Source: an uncultured Alphaproteobacteria bacterium (GTDB lineage: Bacteria; Pseudomonadota; Alphaproteobacteria; Rs-D84). From it: a stretch of DNA of 64,000 nucleotides. Below the pieces are notes generated by a model. The model did no database searches and was not told where the DNA came from. It saw only the letters and a program-made list of their open reading frames with translations. Position numbers and translations under genes: made by a program. Location: assembly GCA_944389535.1 (NCBI GenBank), contig CALXMS010000002.1, forward strand, positions 129,041-193,040, read 5' to 3'. Position 1 is the first letter of the stretch; each line of letters starts with the position of its first letter. Below are positions 61,814 through 64,000 of the stretch, one piece after another.

Positions 61814-63034
61814 TTATACAATTATACCTATGTAATCTTCTTTCTGGATGTCGTTCAGTTTTACGTTGCATATTGTACGAGGAGATATTGTTTCACCGCG
61901 AATTTTTACGCTTATATCATGCGGTGTTCGTGCGATATTATTTTCTTCTACAAGAACAGAAACAGTTTTCCCAATGTTAGAGCGCATGAAGTTTTCACGT
62001 ATTTTATCTGCTGTTGCTGTAATCTGTTTTACTCTTTCTTTTGCAACATCGTGGTTGATTTGTTCCGGCATATCAAATGCTTCGGTCCCCGGACGCGCAG
62101 AAAATGGAAAAGCGTGTATTTTAATTGGTTTGGTTTCATTAACTAATTTCATAGTTTCTTCGAATTTCTCGTCTGTTTCACCGGGAAAACCGCAAATTAT
62201 ATCCCAACTGAAAGATATACTTGGCCCTGCTGTTTGTGATATTTTGCGCATTGTATCTGCTTTGTGTCGCCGATGCATTTTACGTAATATATCATCGGAT
62301 CCAGATTGCATGGAAAGATGCATATGTGGCATCATTCTTTTATCAGATTTAATTAAATCAATGATTTTGAAAATTTCTGGGGATGCAGGATCCATAGAGG
62401 ATATACGTAAGCGCTGTATTTGCGGGACGTCTTGTAGTAATTTTTTGCATATATCTGATATAAAAAGTCCATTATTGGCATAACTTGCCGTATCAACGCC
62501 CGTTAAGACTATCTCATTAAAACCGTTAATGATAGCTTCTTGTGCATCTTTTAAAATATCTTTGTAATCAAAAGACACTGCAGGACCGCGCAATAGGCGA
62601 GTGATGCAATAAGCACATTTATGATTACAGCCGTTTTGTACTTGGATAAATTGTTTAGAAAGGCGAGATGCTTTATATGGGAAGTTCAATATGGTTGAGT
62701 TTAAACCATCACTCGAATTTTGGAGTGCTTTTATATATGCCTCAAGACTTAATTTTTCTTGGTTGTTTATAACAAACACATTTGGAATTTGTTTAAATAG
62801 TTCTGGGTTTCTGGTTGCTGCGCATCCTGTTACGAATACAGGTATGTTTGGGTTTTCTCTGGCCAGTTTACGTACAGTTTGGCCTGATTGTCGTTCTGCT
62901 TCGGCTGTGACAGCACAGGTATTAACTACAATGGCGCAGTTTATAGCTTCGCTCAGTATTTTTTTGATTTTTTCTGCTTCTAAAGCGTTAAGGCGACACC
63001 CCATAGATAAAGTTTTTATATTTTCTGCTTGCAT
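61814..63034 (-). CDS. Radical-SAM methylthiotransferase (MiaB/MtaB/RimO family)
   Basis: N-terminal MTTase Cys triad, the radical-SAM 'CNHKCAYC' motif and a C-terminal TRAM-like domain; 406 aa. Confidence 0.8.
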   Translation of the reverse strand: MQAENIKTLSMGCRLNALEAEKIKKILSEAINCAIVVNTCAVTAEAERQSGQTVRKLARENPNIPVFVTGCAATRNPELFKQIPNVFVINNQEKLSLEAYIKALQNSSDGLNSTILNFPYKASRLSKQFIQVQNGCNHKCAYCITRLLRGPAVSFDYKDILKDAQEAIINGFNEIVLTGVDTASYANNGLFISDICKKLLQDVPQIQRLRISSMDPASPEIFKIIDLIKSDKRMMPHMHLSMQSGSDDILRKMHRRHKADTMRKISQTAGPSISFSWDIICGFPGETDEKFEETMKLVNETKPIKIHAFPFSARPGTEAFDMPEQINHDVAKERVKQITATADKIRENFMRSNIGKTVSVLVEENNIARTPHDISVKIRGETISPRTICNVKLNDIQKEDYIGIIV

Positions 63035-63093
63035 TTTGACCGTCCATAGAGCATTATAACGTGGTTAGAAACGTTTTCAACAAAGGATTTAAT

Positions 63094-63471
63094 ATGGCTC
63101 GTATAACAAACTCTGATACTTTACCATTTGTGGAAAGTCGTTATGAGCTGGGAATGCTGGCATCACAACGCGTTCGTGACTTAAACGGTGGTGCCGAACC
63201 GGTTGTTGACAAGGGCAACGATAAACCGACGGTTGTTGCGTTGCGGGAAATGGCGACTGGTAAGTTGGATATTGACAATTTACGTCACGAGTTTATTCAA
63301 TCTTATAAGGATACGCCTGTTGCGGTAGACAGTGACGAAGCTTTGGAAATTTCTGTTGCCGAGGACCCGAAATTACGTGAAATAGACGCGGAATTAGAAA
63401 ATTCATTGGTAGAAGAACCTGTTGAGGAACCGGAAGAGCAAGAAGACGAAGCGGAAGAGTCTGCGGAATAG
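63094..63471 (+). CDS. rpoZ: DNA-directed RNA polymerase omega subunit
   Basis: 'MARITNSDTL...RYELGMLASQRVRDL...VALREMATGKL' and an acidic tail. AAGGA RBS at the ATG at 63094. Confidence 0.85.
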   Translation: MARITNSDTLPFVESRYELGMLASQRVRDLNGGAEPVVDKGNDKPTVVALREMATGKLDIDNLRHEFIQSYKDTPVAVDSDEALEISVAEDPKLREIDAELENSLVEEPVEEPEEQEDEAEESAE

Positions 63472-63484
63472 ATTTCTATTAACT

Positions 63485-63575
63485 GGAGACGTCGCATAGT
63501 TGGTCTAGTGCGCCACATTGGAAATGTGGTATACTCGCAAGGGTATCAAGGGTTCGAATCCCTTCGTCTCCGCCA
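63485..63575 (+). tRNA. tRNA-Ser (anticodon GGA) with long variable arm
   Basis: 91 nt. Acceptor GGAGACG/CGTCTCC, anticodon loop TTGGAAA, long extra arm, T-loop GGTTCGAATCC, encoded CCA. Confidence 0.85.
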
Positions 63576-63582
63576 GGAATAA

Positions 63583-63620
63583 TAAAAAAGACATATAGTT
63601 TATATGTCTTTTTCTTTTTG
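63583..63620 (+). terminator. Rho-independent terminator (AAGACATATA-GTT-TATATGTCTT plus T-run)
   Basis: Perfect 10-bp stem followed by TTTTCTTTTT. Confidence 0.7.
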
Positions 63621-63765
63621 CCTAAAAAGCCTCAGAAAAGCGGCTGTTTTTTATGGTTGAAATCCTATAATTGACTCTGGTATGTTATTCTGTATCAGAA
63701 ACAAGCAAATTTTTGCCATGTTACATACATCGCTAAAAAACGGTGTGTCAATTTTGGAGCAAAAA

Positions 63766-64000
63766 ATGACAAAACGAGTATTTTTTCTTGGAGCGGGCTT
63801 TTCTAAAGCTATTATTCCTTCGTTCCCATTAATGAACGAATTAACCAATGATGTTGCGCAGTATTTTGAGAAAGAATCAATAGGTCATCATTACAATAAA
63901 GAAGTAACGAAAGCTCTGAAAAACAATGTAGAGCATTTGCTAACCTTTTTATCTACAGATTTGCCGTGGAAGACCGAGGTGCAAAAAAATGCAGACATAG
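63766..64000 (+). CDS. Partial (5' end only) ORF encoding a SIR2-like N-terminus (FFLGAGFSKA... motif); runs off the window
   Basis: 'RVFFLGAGFSKAIIPSFPLMNEL' resembles the NAD-binding GAGxS start of SIR2-family domains (PF13289-like) found in defence proteins. Truncated at 64000. Confidence 0.4.
   Translation, partial: MTKRVFFLGAGFSKAIIPSFPLMNELTNDVAQYFEKESIGHHYNKEVTKALKNNVEHLLTFLSTDLPWKTEVQKNADI

Noticed and set aside
61848-62483. 211-aa plus-strand ORF inside the methylthiotransferase gene
   Set aside because: Antisense shadow ORF; the radical-SAM gene on the minus strand is well supported.

Overview
The window is AT-rich, densely coded Gram-negative chromosome, probably alphaproteobacterial judging by gene content (the lineage call is tentative). 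Most of it is a housekeeping core: fabI, ligA, a class A PBP, yifB/comM, lepB, rnc, secG, groES/groEL, tilS, ftsH, prmC, tdk, htpX, bamD, murJ, rlpA, era, queA, tgt, lysS, csp, RNase J, alaS, hupB, rpsD, trpS, xerC/D, smpB, tatD, holB, dacA, a MiaB-family methylthiotransferase and rpoZ. Four tRNA genes are present: Asn-GTT, Arg-ACG, Gly-GCC and Ser-GGA. The left 5.4 kb, on the 3' side of tRNA-Asn, looks like an accessory or defence islet. It contains (1) a very compact convergent four-gene cassette with two putative nuclease ORFs (an HNH/beta-beta-alpha-Me-like 200-aa protein and a 386-aa PUA/EVE-like plus PD-(D/E)XK-like fusion) facing two DNA amino-methyltransferases (a Dam-like D12 class and an N4/N6 PF01555-like one); (2) a HigB/HigA-type toxin-antitoxin pair (HI1419/HI1420 families) with a perfect palindromic operator; and (3) a ~115-bp array of ten TGAAATCA/TGATTTCA octamers phased at about 11.7 bp. 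Elsewhere, a 476-aa ORF coupled to lysS carries what look like RelA/SpoT (toxSAS-like) synthetase motifs. A lipoprotein hydrolase, GNAT and SAM-MTase operon sits behind triple TTTTGTCAA repeats. A structured approximately 200-nt region downstream of smpB is a candidate ssrA. A partial SIR2-like ORF begins just after tRNA-Ser at the right edge. No CRISPR arrays, transposases or integrases were seen in the window.
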